The position numbers and the translations under genes were made by a program. Positions 17,657-27,479 of a stretch of DNA of 64,000 nucleotides are shown piece by piece (position 1 is the first letter of the stretch; each line of letters begins with the position of its first letter). The notes under the pieces were generated by a model. It worked only from the letters and a program-made list of their open reading frames with translations. It was not told the DNA's origin and made no database searches. Origin of the DNA: Planctomycetota bacterium (GTDB taxonomy: Bacteria; Planctomycetota; UBA8108; SXIK01); the NCBI GenBank assembly GCA_965223265.1, contig OZ244999.1:8416001-8480000 (forward strand), in the 5' to 3' direction.

Positions 17657-19801
17657 CTATCGGCGGCGCCGCTTCTGTCGATAGTCGACCTCACCCGCAC
17701 GTAGCCAAGTCATCGCTGCCGTGAAATAGTCTCGAAGGGGTTCGTTATCTGCGAGCAGTCGCTCGACTTCCAGTTGAACTCGTTGTGCTTCCGCTGTCTT
17801 GTTCGATGCTTCGTACGCGTCCGCGAGCAACTGCATTGTCGTAGGGTCAGCGGGATCGATCGTTAGCAGTCTCTCGCCGAGCTTGATCGCTTCGCCGGCG
17901 CGATCGGCGAGTGTGTATGCAACCATCAGCAATTGACGAGCTCGGACGCTCTGCGGATAGTAACGCGTCGCCTCACTTGCAACACGTACTGCTTCGCGTT
18001 TGTTTTTCTTGAGCAACAATCGACTCAAGTAGACGGAGCTGACGAGCGCTGGAACGCCGGATTTTGCCGCCGAGCGGTAGAGACCGGCGGCTTCGGCGAA
18101 TTCGCCGCGCTTCTCGTGAATGAGGCCATCGTAGAACCGCGCTAGCGTTCGCCCAGCGTGCCTTTTCTTGCTCAGTTTTGCGACTACCGAGCCTGCCTCT
18201 GCGATCAGCGCGTGGTCGGCGGATGCTCCGGTGCTACCGATTGAAGCGAAGCCTGTGCTCTTGAGGCAGGAGCGAACGAAACCCATTCCCGAGGCAACCT
18301 GGAAGGGTCCTTTGAGTTCTCGACGGTAGGCTGCTACCGCGCGATCGAAAGCGTTGTTCGCGGCGAGACTCTGGCCTGCGCGGAATTCTTCTTCTGCCGC
18401 GGCCGAACGAACCCTCCGCGGTGGGAGATTCTGTGCAAACGTGTGAGTTGGTTGGGGTATCGCGAGGAGTGTGTAGTGCGCCATTTCGGCGCCGTCTGCA
18501 GCCACGACGCGAACGACGATGTCGTCCGCTGATGCGTCGACGTCGCGGCGCCAAGTCGTCTTGGGATCGAGATCGAGGCGAACGTGGTAGAGATTCTCTT
18601 GAGCCGACACAACGAAGACGGCGCAGTCCCGCAGTCGTTCTGCTGCGGCGATGGCGATGCGGACGATGTTTCGCCGACCACGAGCGACGCTCAGCGCGAG
18701 CCGCCTATTGGCGAAGACGCAGTTTTCCATGCCCCGAATCTGAAACCAGGAATCATTCGCCTCGATCGCGCTCAGTTCGGGCTGTAGCGAGTGGATCCCC
18801 CACGGGCCTATCGGCGATCCAGTTGTCGTGAAGTGGAGTCTCGGATCCGTCGCTGCGACGGGAGGTCCGTCTACGTGGAGGCGAACGCCCGGAAAACTGT
18901 GTCGATCGAACACACGAACGGCACCCATCTTGGCGCGACGGTCATAGAGGCAGAGGAACGACCGCGAGGGGTTCAGACAGGTTAGATCAAGCCCCACATC
19001 CGGAGTTAGATGGCGCAAAGCGGAGAGGTCGTCACCGCTAGCTGGCCGCACGGCGACAATCCGTTCCTCATCGTCCGAGCGGCGAACACACCAATCTGAC
19101 GGCAGGGTCCATTCGGCACTCTTGGTGCGGTCGTGCGCGGCGATCACCTGCGCGTCAAGAGACCACGGAAACGGGCTCAGGTTTTCGAAGCGGTACTCGA
19201 GGTCGAGTCGCGCCGACTCTGGTGCCAGTAGGACGCGAAAAACAGCTCGCTGGTCGATGGCTGGTGCGGTGAACGACATCGCGACGCCGACGACACCCGC
19301 TGGGCGTTCGATCGACGCCCAGCTCCACACGTCTTTGAAAGTGTTGCCGTTGTCACTGAACGGAAAGTTGACCTCGATTCCTCCTAAGTTCCACTCGTGA
19401 CTCGAGGAGGTCTCGTCCGTATGGAGTTCGAGGTACTTGGCTAGGTGAAAGAGTGACGACTTCGTCGTCTTGTTGTAGACGTCATAAATTCGACCTCCCA
19501 ACTGCGGCAGTAAGCAGCAGCGCAAGTACTCGTTCTCGAGGAAGACGGCGTCATGCGAAACGGGACGGAACTCGCTTGCTCGCTCCTGCGCCGGGATCGT
19601 CGCGTTGTAGGGACCGGTCAAGATGACCTGCTTGCCACTGTACACACGGGCAGGTCGCGGCGGCGCGGCTTCAGCGGTTGTCACCAGAAGCGCGCAGAGT
19701 GCGCAGATGACGGCGACGCGGCCCCTCACCTTGAAGGTGGCACTCGCCGTCTTCACTGAGCGTTGAACATAGGGTGAGATAGATCGAGAGATTGGCTGCA
19801 T
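17657..19801 (-). CDS. Secreted DUF5107-like + TPR protein
   Basis: Signal peptide; AVFLENEYLRCCLLPQLGGRI and GGIEVNFP (DUF5107-like); C-terminal TPRs. Confidence 0.75.
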   Translation of the reverse strand: MQPISRSISPYVQRSVKTASATFKVRGRVAVICALCALLVTTAEAAPPRPARVYSGKQVILTGPYNATIPAQERASEFRPVSHDAVFLENEYLRCCLLPQLGGRIYDVYNKTTKSSLFHLAKYLELHTDETSSSHEWNLGGIEVNFPFSDNGNTFKDVWSWASIERPAGVVGVAMSFTAPAIDQRAVFRVLLAPESARLDLEYRFENLSPFPWSLDAQVIAAHDRTKSAEWTLPSDWCVRRSDDEERIVAVRPASGDDLSALRHLTPDVGLDLTCLNPSRSFLCLYDRRAKMGAVRVFDRHSFPGVRLHVDGPPVAATDPRLHFTTTGSPIGPWGIHSLQPELSAIEANDSWFQIRGMENCVFANRRLALSVARGRRNIVRIAIAAAERLRDCAVFVVSAQENLYHVRLDLDPKTTWRRDVDASADDIVVRVVAADGAEMAHYTLLAIPQPTHTFAQNLPPRRVRSAAAEEEFRAGQSLAANNAFDRAVAAYRRELKGPFQVASGMGFVRSCLKSTGFASIGSTGASADHALIAEAGSVVAKLSKKRHAGRTLARFYDGLIHEKRGEFAEAAGLYRSAAKSGVPALVSSVYLSRLLLKKNKREAVRVASEATRYYPQSVRARQLLMVAYTLADRAGEAIKLGERLLTIDPADPTTMQLLADAYEASNKTAEAQRVQLEVERLLADNEPLRDYFTAAMTWLRAGEVDYRQKRRRR

Positions 19802-19882
19802 GGCTTGATCAATCTTGCCGGCGCACCTCGTCGGAGACGTGACGGGAAATCGGCAGGCAAGTATAACCGATCGCGGCTACGT

Positions 19883-20821
19883 TCAGCTCCCGTTGGCTGC
19901 CGTGGTGGCGAACACCTTGTGCGGACGCCATAGGTTTTTTGCCGGATCGAAGCGAAGGATAGCGACGAAGCGGCCGTCAGCTCTCATGCCGCGCACGAGA
20001 GTATCCGGCGCGGGGTCGTCGATGAGAGGGCGCGCGAGGGAGCGACCGTTGATCGCTGCCTCGAGCTCCTCGCTTGAGAGCGTCGCCGACGGAAAGTCGT
20101 CGAGGCAGCTGTCGAACGGCAGGATGATCTCATCGAGGACTTTGCTGCGGTCGCCGCTCTGGAAGTTGGCCTCGACCGTGTCGAGATTCGTCGACAGATT
20201 CAGCGTGAAAGGCCCACTTGCCTCGCGAACGAGTTGCGACAGGTGCGCACCACACCCGAGTGTGGCGCCGAGGTCGTGCGCGAGTGATCGTACATAGGTG
20301 CCGGCTGAACAGACGACACGGAACTCGACGAACGGATCCTGCCAGCCGAGCAGTTCGAGTTGATGGATCACGACACGCCGTGGAGCCAGAGTCACTTCAA
20401 CGCCACGTCGCGCCAGTCGGTGCGCCGGTTGTCCACGGTGCTTGACGGCGGAGTAGACCGGCGGCGTTTGCTCGATCGGGCCGCGAAATGTCTCTAAGGC
20501 GCGCTCCACTTCCGCGTTCTCTACACCGTTGGTCGCGGCGGTCTTGAGGACTTTGCCCTCGGCGTCGTACGTGTCGGTGGTCTTGCCGAGCTCGGCGACA
20601 GCGCGATACTCTTTCGTGTGTCGGGTCAGGTACTCGGCGAGCCGAGTGGCCTTGCCAAGGCAAACGACCAAGACGCCACTGGCGAGTGGATCCAGAGTTC
20701 CGGCGTGCCCAGTCCGCACACCAATCAGCTTGCGCAGGCGCGCGACGACGTCGTGAGACGTCATGCCTGAGGGTTTATTGATGTTGAGAATGCCGTCGAT
20801 CTTCGTTTGCTTTGTTGCCAT
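19883..20821 (-). CDS. truB: tRNA pseudouridine(55) synthase
   Basis: GILNINKPSGMTSHDVV, GHAGTLDPLASG, QTPPVYSAVK, CSAGTYVRSLAHDLG. Likely start MATKQTK at 20821. Confidence 0.96.
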   Translation of the reverse strand: MATKQTKIDGILNINKPSGMTSHDVVARLRKLIGVRTGHAGTLDPLASGVLVVCLGKATRLAEYLTRHTKEYRAVAELGKTTDTYDAEGKVLKTAATNGVENAEVERALETFRGPIEQTPPVYSAVKHRGQPAHRLARRGVEVTLAPRRVVIHQLELLGWQDPFVEFRVVCSAGTYVRSLAHDLGATLGCGAHLSQLVREASGPFTLNLSTNLDTVEANFQSGDRSKVLDEIILPFDSCLDDFPSATLSSEELEAAINGRSLARPLIDDPAPDTLVRGMRADGRFVAILRFDPAKNLWRPHKVFATTAANGS

Positions 20822-21842
20822 CTGATCTCTTTGTCGTCGCCGCAATGTTTGCGCCGGATCTCCTCGTCGATCGTCGAGAAAGGTGTTCGCCGGGGGTGGA
20901 TTGACTCCGCGCCAACACCTCAAACCAGCGACAGGCACGGATCGGTCGGCCAAGGCGCGACTCCAACCGTCTTGAGTCTAAACTGACGTCCCCAATCCGC
21001 GGCGGTCCGTTCACTTCTTCCACACGTCTCAGTCGCTTGAGAAGTGACGGGTGGTAGCCTCCGTACTCGACGACCAGCTGTCCGATTTCGTAGAGGCTGT
21101 AACGCCGCGGTCCACCCAAGTGGAAGAGCCCTTTCAGCCGTTCCCGCATGCACGCGAGTACGACGTCAGCCACTTCTTCACAGTCGATGCAGCTTCGCCA
21201 CTCGTCGACAAAGAGCGTCGCCGGCCGGCCGCGGCGAAAACGGCCCTCAATCCAGTCGACTGCGCCCTTGGACCCGAGAAGTGACTCGCCCATCGGCAAT
21301 CCGAGCCGTAGCGTTAGGTGAGACGTTTCTGAGAGTTCGCGTTCAGCCTCGGCATAGGTTTCACCGACGACGCTGATCGGACGCGGCGCGTCGATCTCGC
21401 GATACCCACGACGGGGCGTGTCCTCACCGTCGAAGACCAGGTCGGTGCTTAGGTAGATGATCGAACTCTCGTCGCCAAAGATCCGGACGATGTTTCGCGT
21501 CCCGTCTCGGTTCATCGCGCGAGCCCATCGAGGTCGTTCTTGGCACACGTCAAGATCGCAGACGCCGGCAGCGTGAACCACGAAGTCGGGTCGGAACTCG
21601 TCACGGAGCTTTGCCAAGATCTCGCAATTGGTGATGCAGGCGCTACGGACGTTGGGCGCTTCGGGTTGGCGCGACTTCGGTGGGCGGATCGCGACAAGGT
21701 TTTTGGGGCCAAGCTCCGTCGACAGACGGCGAAAGATCGGCCAGCCATGAATGGACGTGACACCGGTGACAAGAACTCGCGGGCCCCAGTGCGGTTCAGC
21801 TGAGCTCGTCGGTGTTTGCGAGAAGGAATCAGTTGAAGTCAC
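20775..21842 (-). CDS. RmlD-like extended SDR protein with degenerate motifs
   Basis: RPDFVVHAAG, YLSTDLVFDG, LFVDEWRS and GLFHLGG follow the RmlD pattern; the Gly-rich and YxxxK motifs are substituted. Confidence 0.8.
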   Translation of the reverse strand: MTSTDSFSQTPTSSAEPHWGPRVLVTGVTSIHGWPIFRRLSTELGPKNLVAIRPPKSRQPEAPNVRSACITNCEILAKLRDEFRPDFVVHAAGVCDLDVCQERPRWARAMNRDGTRNIVRIFGDESSIIYLSTDLVFDGEDTPRRGYREIDAPRPISVVGETYAEAERELSETSHLTLRLGLPMGESLLGSKGAVDWIEGRFRRGRPATLFVDEWRSCIDCEEVADVVLACMRERLKGLFHLGGPRRYSLYEIGQLVVEYGGYHPSLLKRLRRVEEVNGPPRIGDVSLDSRRLESRLGRPIRACRWFEVLARSQSTPGEHLSRRSTRRSGANIAATTKRSDGNKANEDRRHSQHQ

Positions 21843-22864
21843 GTATCGTTCTTACGGGCTCGCGCTATCGTCCAAGCTCGTCCGGCTACGTCGGTTCGAA
21901 ACGTCTCGACGTTGCCCTGGTCTGCTACGGTCACGTAACAGGTTCGCCCGTCCGGTCCACCGAAGGCGATATTCGTCGGATTCTTTCCCGCCAGTTTCAC
22001 CTCACGCAGGACCTCCCCATCGGGCGAGACGATGGCGACGGTGCCCTTCTGATGTCTCGTGATGTACAGATTGCCAGCGGCGTCGCAGCGCATGCCATCC
22101 ATGCCGAAGTCAGGGAACTGAATCAACAAGCGTTTGTTGAGTACGTTCTTCTTGTCATCGAGATCAAACGCCCAGACGTTTCTCTGCACCGATTCATTCA
22201 CGTAGAGGACCTTGTCGTCGGGGCTCACTTCGACGCCGTTCGTTGTTCCCATCCCCGCGCGCAGGAGCGTCACCTCACCGTTCGGTCGTATGCGCCAGAT
22301 GTTGCCAGTACTCGCACCCCAGTTGGGATCGCTGGCGAACACCGTGTCGTCACCCGCGATGGATAGATCGTTTGGTTGGTTCATCTCGTCGTTGTGAGCC
22401 AGCGTGGTGATCTCGCTCGTGCGCATGTTGACTTTAAGAACATTGTGATTGACGTAGTCGGCGATCAGCATGTTGCCGCGACTGTCGAAGCGAATGCCGT
22501 TCCCCGTGCTACCGTTGGGAAGACGGAGAAACACCGTCGCCCGACCCTTCGGTGTGACCATGCCGATCGTCATCTGCTGCTTGAAGTTGACTGCGTACAG
22601 ATTACCGTGCGCATCAACCGCCGGACCTTCAGCGCCGCTAGTAAACGTGTGTGGGGCGGTGAATGCCTCAGCGACAAAAAGCTCTTGCTCAGCCGCGGTG
22701 ACCGTCACCGAGGCACCGGAAACGAAGAATACGATCGCGAGAGCGAGCCGACACCTCCACGGAGAACCACTGCTAGATAGGAGCGTTGGCGTGGTGACGT
22801 CGCAGGCGCGACTGCGCTCGTGGCTGCGCTGCTGGAAAGTGGGTTGTTGGTTTCGCGTCTGCAT
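21839..22864 (-). CDS. SMP-30/gluconolactonase/LRE family secreted protein
   Basis: AEGPAVD, NGIRFD, NQPNDL, NGVEVSPD, DGMRCD, PTNIAFGGPDG. Start uncertain. Confidence 0.9.
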   Translation of the reverse strand: MQTRNQQPTFQQRSHERSRACDVTTPTLLSSSGSPWRCRLALAIVFFVSGASVTVTAAEQELFVAEAFTAPHTFTSGAEGPAVDAHGNLYAVNFKQQMTIGMVTPKGRATVFLRLPNGSTGNGIRFDSRGNMLIADYVNHNVLKVNMRTSEITTLAHNDEMNQPNDLSIAGDDTVFASDPNWGASTGNIWRIRPNGEVTLLRAGMGTTNGVEVSPDDKVLYVNESVQRNVWAFDLDDKKNVLNKRLLIQFPDFGMDGMRCDAAGNLYITRHQKGTVAIVSPDGEVLREVKLAGKNPTNIAFGGPDGRTCYVTVADQGNVETFRTDVAGRAWTIARARKNDT

Positions 22865-22929
22865 ATTTGATCCTCCTGATGTCGCGGTCTTCGTCGTCTG
22901 TGCAAGTTCGGCGACGCGATCTCTTGTCG

Positions 22930-24252
22930 TTACTCGTCTGGTGTCAGGCGTGACGCTCCGCGAACCACGGACTCGACGACCACTCCGCCGAGCGTGGCAC
23001 CGTAAAAGCTCACGCTCGCCTCGTATCCGCCGCGCGTGTACTGTTCTTCAGAGAGCATATAGCTGATCCATTCGTCTGCGAGACCTCCGATCACGGGGTA
23101 CTTGGCCCCGGTGGCGGCACCGACTCGCTCTTTGATCGTCGTTCCGAGGCCGGCTGCCAATTCTCCTGGGACGCCGGCGATCAACAGATCGTTGAGGCGC
23201 AGCGACACCGATCGCGACTCCGGAGGCACCATCCGTTCGAGAACGACGCGGATGATCTTTTCGCTTAGCCCATACTCCGCGCCGCCCGTCTGCAAGAAAT
23301 CCGGATGCCAAGTTCGATCAGGCAGGCCGATGGGTTCGGCGTGCGTATGAAAAGTTTCTAGCGGGCGTGGGCGCAGCTTTCGCCACTCCTGCGTCACGAT
23401 GATTCCCAGTTCCCGACCGTATCTTTCGGCGCGTTCCCAACTGCTCGGCCCAGAATCAGGGCGCGCTCGCGGTGCTTGGTCGCCCTCGGCGCCGTTGTAG
23501 TACATGGCTGTTAGCGGCTCGCCAGCGAGGGCCTCCACGGTGCGCTGCAGATGTCCCGGCCAACCACCCGAAAACATCATGTCCTTGGCACCCATGAAAG
23601 TGGGGTGCGCAGTCCAGTTGACGAGCACGGCGAGTGGTTTGAGCGTGCTGTCGTCCACATGATCGATTCTCGTGACGGTGAGATCCTGGTCGGTCTCGAC
23701 ACTGTCGTCGCGGCGGTTCCGGTTCCAACCTTGAAGCTGAATGCGCGTCGTGGCAACGCCGATTGGGACGGTCTTTGCTGTCGCTCGCGTGACGACGTCG
23801 GCGAGGCGATCCAGCGTGAACTCTAGGAGCGGCCGACTGAAAATGCCAATTTGCGGAATGTTGAAAGCATTCTTCTCATGCAGAGCGTTCATTTCCATGC
23901 TCGTGTGGGCATGGCTCGGCAGCAATAGCAGTTCGTCGGCCTTCCAACCTCCCGTCTGTAGCCTACGAACCAAGGCCGCTTTGAATCCCGGCGGGAATCC
24001 GAGCATGTCTGCGGTCACCAACGCGAACCTACGTTCGCCGGCCACGAACACGAGAGCTTTGGCGACGAGGCGATCGTGCACGCCGATCGCCGGTTTGCTC
24101 ATGCGTGCGCCGTAGCCGCCAAGTGTTGCCTTCAGGTCCTCGGGAGGAGTGATGTCTACGCGTGCGACACCGCCTTCGACGCCGGCGAAACCGGGACGAC
24201 TGATCAGAAACAGTACAGCGAATAACACCTTCATCGCGAGCAGTGGACGCAT
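22930..24252 (-). CDS. Neutral/alkaline ceramidase N-terminal domain-like secreted amidohydrolase
   Basis: GVARVDITPP, GVHDRLVAKALV, SHAHT, NWTAHPT, GAEGDQ, VPGE, GGYE. Confidence 0.82.
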   Translation of the reverse strand: MRPLLAMKVLFAVLFLISRPGFAGVEGGVARVDITPPEDLKATLGGYGARMSKPAIGVHDRLVAKALVFVAGERRFALVTADMLGFPPGFKAALVRRLQTGGWKADELLLLPSHAHTSMEMNALHEKNAFNIPQIGIFSRPLLEFTLDRLADVVTRATAKTVPIGVATTRIQLQGWNRNRRDDSVETDQDLTVTRIDHVDDSTLKPLAVLVNWTAHPTFMGAKDMMFSGGWPGHLQRTVEALAGEPLTAMYYNGAEGDQAPRARPDSGPSSWERAERYGRELGIIVTQEWRKLRPRPLETFHTHAEPIGLPDRTWHPDFLQTGGAEYGLSEKIIRVVLERMVPPESRSVSLRLNDLLIAGVPGELAAGLGTTIKERVGAATGAKYPVIGGLADEWISYMLSEEQYTRGGYEASVSFYGATLGGVVVESVVRGASRLTPDE

Positions 24253-24396
24253 TGGTAACTCTGGGTCATGTTTGAACAGGGCCGGGGGGGAGTACGAAGG
24301 GTCGATAACGTTTTGCGGCGGAACGATTCGCCGCTCGGGGCGGCCGCCCGGGTTGCGCCGTCAGCGTCACCTCATCTGAACAGGAGAGCCTCGGTC

Positions 24397-24810
24397 ATGA
24401 AAGGAAAACTCAAGAGCGTCATCATCTTCGCTGTGGCGATCAGTGGTGTCATCGGCTGGAAGTTCTACAACAAGAGCCAAGCGAGTAGTGAAACGAAAGA
24501 GCAGGTCCGGGCGTTGCTCGTCGCGTTGCCGGAGTATCCTGCGCATGCAGACTACTTCAACGAGCTTCTTGATCGGTCGCACGAAGACGCGTTCTCGGCT
24601 GCCTACCAAATGGGGGGGCGTCGCCGAGGTGCTTCGTTCGATGCCGAGAAATACCTGCAGGTTGTGTTCGCCAACATGGTGGAGCATGCACGGGCCGACG
24701 GTCGCGCTGACCTCGTTGCGGCGCTCACGAGTGGTGCGCACGGCGAGGTCGCTCCAGCATCGGAGACGGAATCGACACCGGTGGAAGGCAGTTCCACAAG
24801 CCGTTCGTAG
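24397..24810 (+). CDS. Hypothetical membrane-anchored protein
   Basis: AGGAG RBS then ATG at 24397; N-terminal hydrophobic helix; fills the gap between two reverse-strand genes. Confidence 0.7.
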   Translation: MKGKLKSVIIFAVAISGVIGWKFYNKSQASSETKEQVRALLVALPEYPAHADYFNELLDRSHEDAFSAAYQMGGRRRGASFDAEKYLQVVFANMVEHARADGRADLVAALTSGAHGEVAPASETESTPVEGSSTSRS

Positions 24811-24915
24811 GAACAGTTCTTGTTTGCGAGGCTCGACCTGGCGTCGCGTCGGCGTTTGAGGCGATAAGGAAGAACGTGCCCCAGCTATGATTCCGTGACA
24901 CCGGCTGACGTCGGA

Positions 24916-26508
24916 TCAAGCGATCAGATCCTCGACGACCTGGCCGTGAACATCCGTCAAACGGAAGTCACGCCCGGCGTGGCGGAAGGTGAGCCGTTCG
25001 TGGTCAAAACCGAGTAGGTGAAGGATCGTCGCGTGCAGGTCGTGGACGTGCACGTGGTCTTCCACCGCGCGGTAGCCGAAGTCGTCGGTCGCGCCATGGA
25101 CGTAGCCGCCGCGCACGCCACCCCCCGCGAGCCAGAGGCTGAATCCCCAGTGGTTGTGGTCACGCCCGAGCTTTGGGTTGCCAGTCCCTGGCTGCGGCAG
25201 CTCGACCGCTGGGGTGCGACCGAACTCGCCGCCACAGATGACGAGAGTCTCGTCGAACAGGCCGAGTTGTTTGAGGTCGCTGAGTAATGCTGCGATGCCC
25301 TGATCGCACTCGCGCGCCAGTCTGCCGTGATGGCGCTCGATCTCGCGGTGGCTGTCCCACGGTTGCCCGTTGCCGTGGTAGAGCTGGACGTACCGCACGC
25401 CGCGTTCCACTAGACGGCGTGCGATCAGTAGCTGCCGCGCCTGAAGGCTGTCGCCGTAAGCAGCTCGGACGTGTTGTGGCTCACTGCTGATATCAAACGC
25501 GTCCGACGCGGCGAGTTGCATTCGGAAGGCGAGTTCGAAAGATTGAATCCGGGCTTCGATCGCCGCGTCCTCCGGGCGCTCTCTTTGATGACGTCGATTG
25601 AGATCGGCGAGGAGGTCGAGCTGACGGCGCTGCGCACTCCGCGGGACGTGGTGATTCGTGATGTTCTCGATGAGCTTCTCAACGTCGGAGTGCTGCGTGT
25701 TGATGTGGGTGCCTTGAAAAATGCCGGGCAGGAACGCAGCGCGCCAATTCGAGACGTCTGCCACCGGCAGGCCTGGGCACATAGCGATGAATCCCGGCAG
25801 CTGCTCGTTCTCCGAGCCGAGCCCATACATCAGCCAGGCGCCGAGACTTGGCCGTGATAGTCGCTCGTCGCCGCAGTTCATGAGCCGCATCGATTGTTCA
25901 TGATTCGGCGTGTTGGCGTACATCGAGCGGATGATGCAGAGGTCATCGATGTGGGCGGCTGTCTTGGAAAAGATCTCGCTCATCTCGATGCCGCTCTGGC
26001 CGTAGCGTTTGAAACCAAAGGGGGATGGCAGAGCGCCGCCTGTCGGGCGTTCGGTCGCCAAGTTGCCCGTTGGAATCGTCTTGCCGGCGTATTTTCTCAG
26101 CAGTGGCTTCGGATCGAATGTGTCGACGTGAGACGGGCCACCGTTGAGATAGATATGGATGACATGCTTGGCGCGTGCTCTGAAGTGTGGCCGCTTTGCC
26201 GTCAGCGGATTGCCTGCCTTGGACGCGGTCGTCGCGGGCGCTGCGTCGACGCGGTTGCCGTCGAGCAGAGCGGCTAGACCGAGCATGCCGAAGCCAACGC
26301 CTATACGCTCGAGCGCAGCGCGGCGAGAAAACGGGGATGCGTCGACGTACGGCGGGCTCGCCACCGGTCGTTGTTTCGGCGGAGTGTTTGGGCTTGGTTC
26401 AGTGGTCACTTGTCTTTCCACAGGGGCGGCCTGTCGGTTCCCTGGACAGCGCTGCGTTTCACCCCCTCCGTTGTACCCGTCCGGTCGCCGCTGATCAATG
26501 AACGTCAA
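24916..26508 (-). CDS. DUF1501 domain protein (Tat signal)
   Basis: SRRAAL Tat motif, AKHVIHIYLNGGPSHVDTFDPKP, ARRLVERGVRYVQ, GEFGRTP, GRDH, HVHDLHATILHLLG. Start may lie further downstream. Confidence 0.93.
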   Translation of the reverse strand: MTFIDQRRPDGYNGGGETQRCPGNRQAAPVERQVTTEPSPNTPPKQRPVASPPYVDASPFSRRAALERIGVGFGMLGLAALLDGNRVDAAPATTASKAGNPLTAKRPHFRARAKHVIHIYLNGGPSHVDTFDPKPLLRKYAGKTIPTGNLATERPTGGALPSPFGFKRYGQSGIEMSEIFSKTAAHIDDLCIIRSMYANTPNHEQSMRLMNCGDERLSRPSLGAWLMYGLGSENEQLPGFIAMCPGLPVADVSNWRAAFLPGIFQGTHINTQHSDVEKLIENITNHHVPRSAQRRQLDLLADLNRRHQRERPEDAAIEARIQSFELAFRMQLAASDAFDISSEPQHVRAAYGDSLQARQLLIARRLVERGVRYVQLYHGNGQPWDSHREIERHHGRLARECDQGIAALLSDLKQLGLFDETLVICGGEFGRTPAVELPQPGTGNPKLGRDHNHWGFSLWLAGGGVRGGYVHGATDDFGYRAVEDHVHVHDLHATILHLLGFDHERLTFRHAGRDFRLTDVHGQVVEDLIA

Positions 26509-26568
26509 CGACGCTTCCGTGCCGATGGCGAACAGACCTTCACAGGGCGAGCGCCGGCGACCTGTCCA

Positions 26569-27426
26569 TCACTTTGGCGTCGCTTCGATCTCGATTGTGG
26601 TAGGTGCGCCGTGCGCCACCTCGATCTCCACAGACGCCTGCAGATCACCGTCCGCGTGGTGCACATGAAGCTTCCACGTTCCCGCGGGCACGGAGTCGAT
26701 TCGAAATGCTCCCGCCGCGTCGGTGACGGCGAAGGCGCGATGCTCAAAAACATAGATCCAGGCACGCATCCATTCATGGAGATCGCATTCGATGCGAATC
26801 GGTTTGCCGCCAGTTGCGCGCTGAAAGCGATGCTCCAGAATCGTTCCCCCTGGGCTACCGAGATTGAACTCATGACCGCGCGTCCAGGAATGGATGTTGT
26901 GATTGGCGATGTCTGAGTTCGTGAACTCGATCGGCTGCCCGCGACGCAGCGCCAGAACATGTGGTACGAACATCCAGTTGCGTTGATCGAGACGAAGAGG
27001 TGGCAATACGCTCTTCGCCTCGGAGTCGTCCGGAAAACTGTCGACCCAAACGGCGGCCTGGCTCAACCCTCTCGTCGACTCATCGACGCGGATGGTGTGG
27101 GCCGGCAGTGTTCCGGCTTCCGGCACGACGATCGTGGACTTCGTGGGCAGTTCGCCGCGGTAGACGACGCGACCGGCAATCGAACCGACGCCGCGCCTCC
27201 GGTGCCCGCCCGGTTCCTCCGCCTCGGCGGGAGCGACCGAGCTGGTCCGGACCGCTCCTTCTTTTGTATCGTGTTCTTCCTTCGGGTCGTTGTTCGCTGC
27301 GAGTGCAGGTGGGTCGGCAGGAGTCGATGACGGAGATTCGCGTCGACTGCAGCCGAGTGCCAGAAGGAGCCCAAGCACCAACCACAAGCCCGGAAGAATC
27401 GACGACCAGCCACCATTTCGTCCCAC
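26569..27426 (-). CDS. Lipoprotein with cupredoxin-like and carboxypeptidase-regulatory-like domains
   Basis: LALGC lipobox; LDQRNWMFVPHV, NSDIANHNIH, CDLHEWM; AVTDAAGAFRIDSVPAGTWKL. Probable GTG start at 27426. Confidence 0.82.
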   Translation of the reverse strand: MGRNGGWSSILPGLWLVLGLLLALGCSRRESPSSTPADPPALAANNDPKEEHDTKEGAVRTSSVAPAEAEEPGGHRRRGVGSIAGRVVYRGELPTKSTIVVPEAGTLPAHTIRVDESTRGLSQAAVWVDSFPDDSEAKSVLPPLRLDQRNWMFVPHVLALRRGQPIEFTNSDIANHNIHSWTRGHEFNLGSPGGTILEHRFQRATGGKPIRIECDLHEWMRAWIYVFEHRAFAVTDAAGAFRIDSVPAGTWKLHVHHADGDLQASVEIEVAHGAPTTIEIEATPK

Positions 27427-27433
27427 AGTACCC

Positions 27434-27456
27434 CTCGAGTTCGGCCACCTCGCGTC
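27434..27456. repeat. Degenerate copy of the MITE terminal repeat
   Basis: CTCGAGTTCGGCCACCTCGCGTC matches CTCGAGTTTGGCCATTTCGCGTC at 20 of 23 positions. It lies between the DUF1553 stop and the probable start of the next gene. Confidence 0.6.
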
Positions 27457-27479
27457 AAGCTGAAGAGTGCCAACTAACA

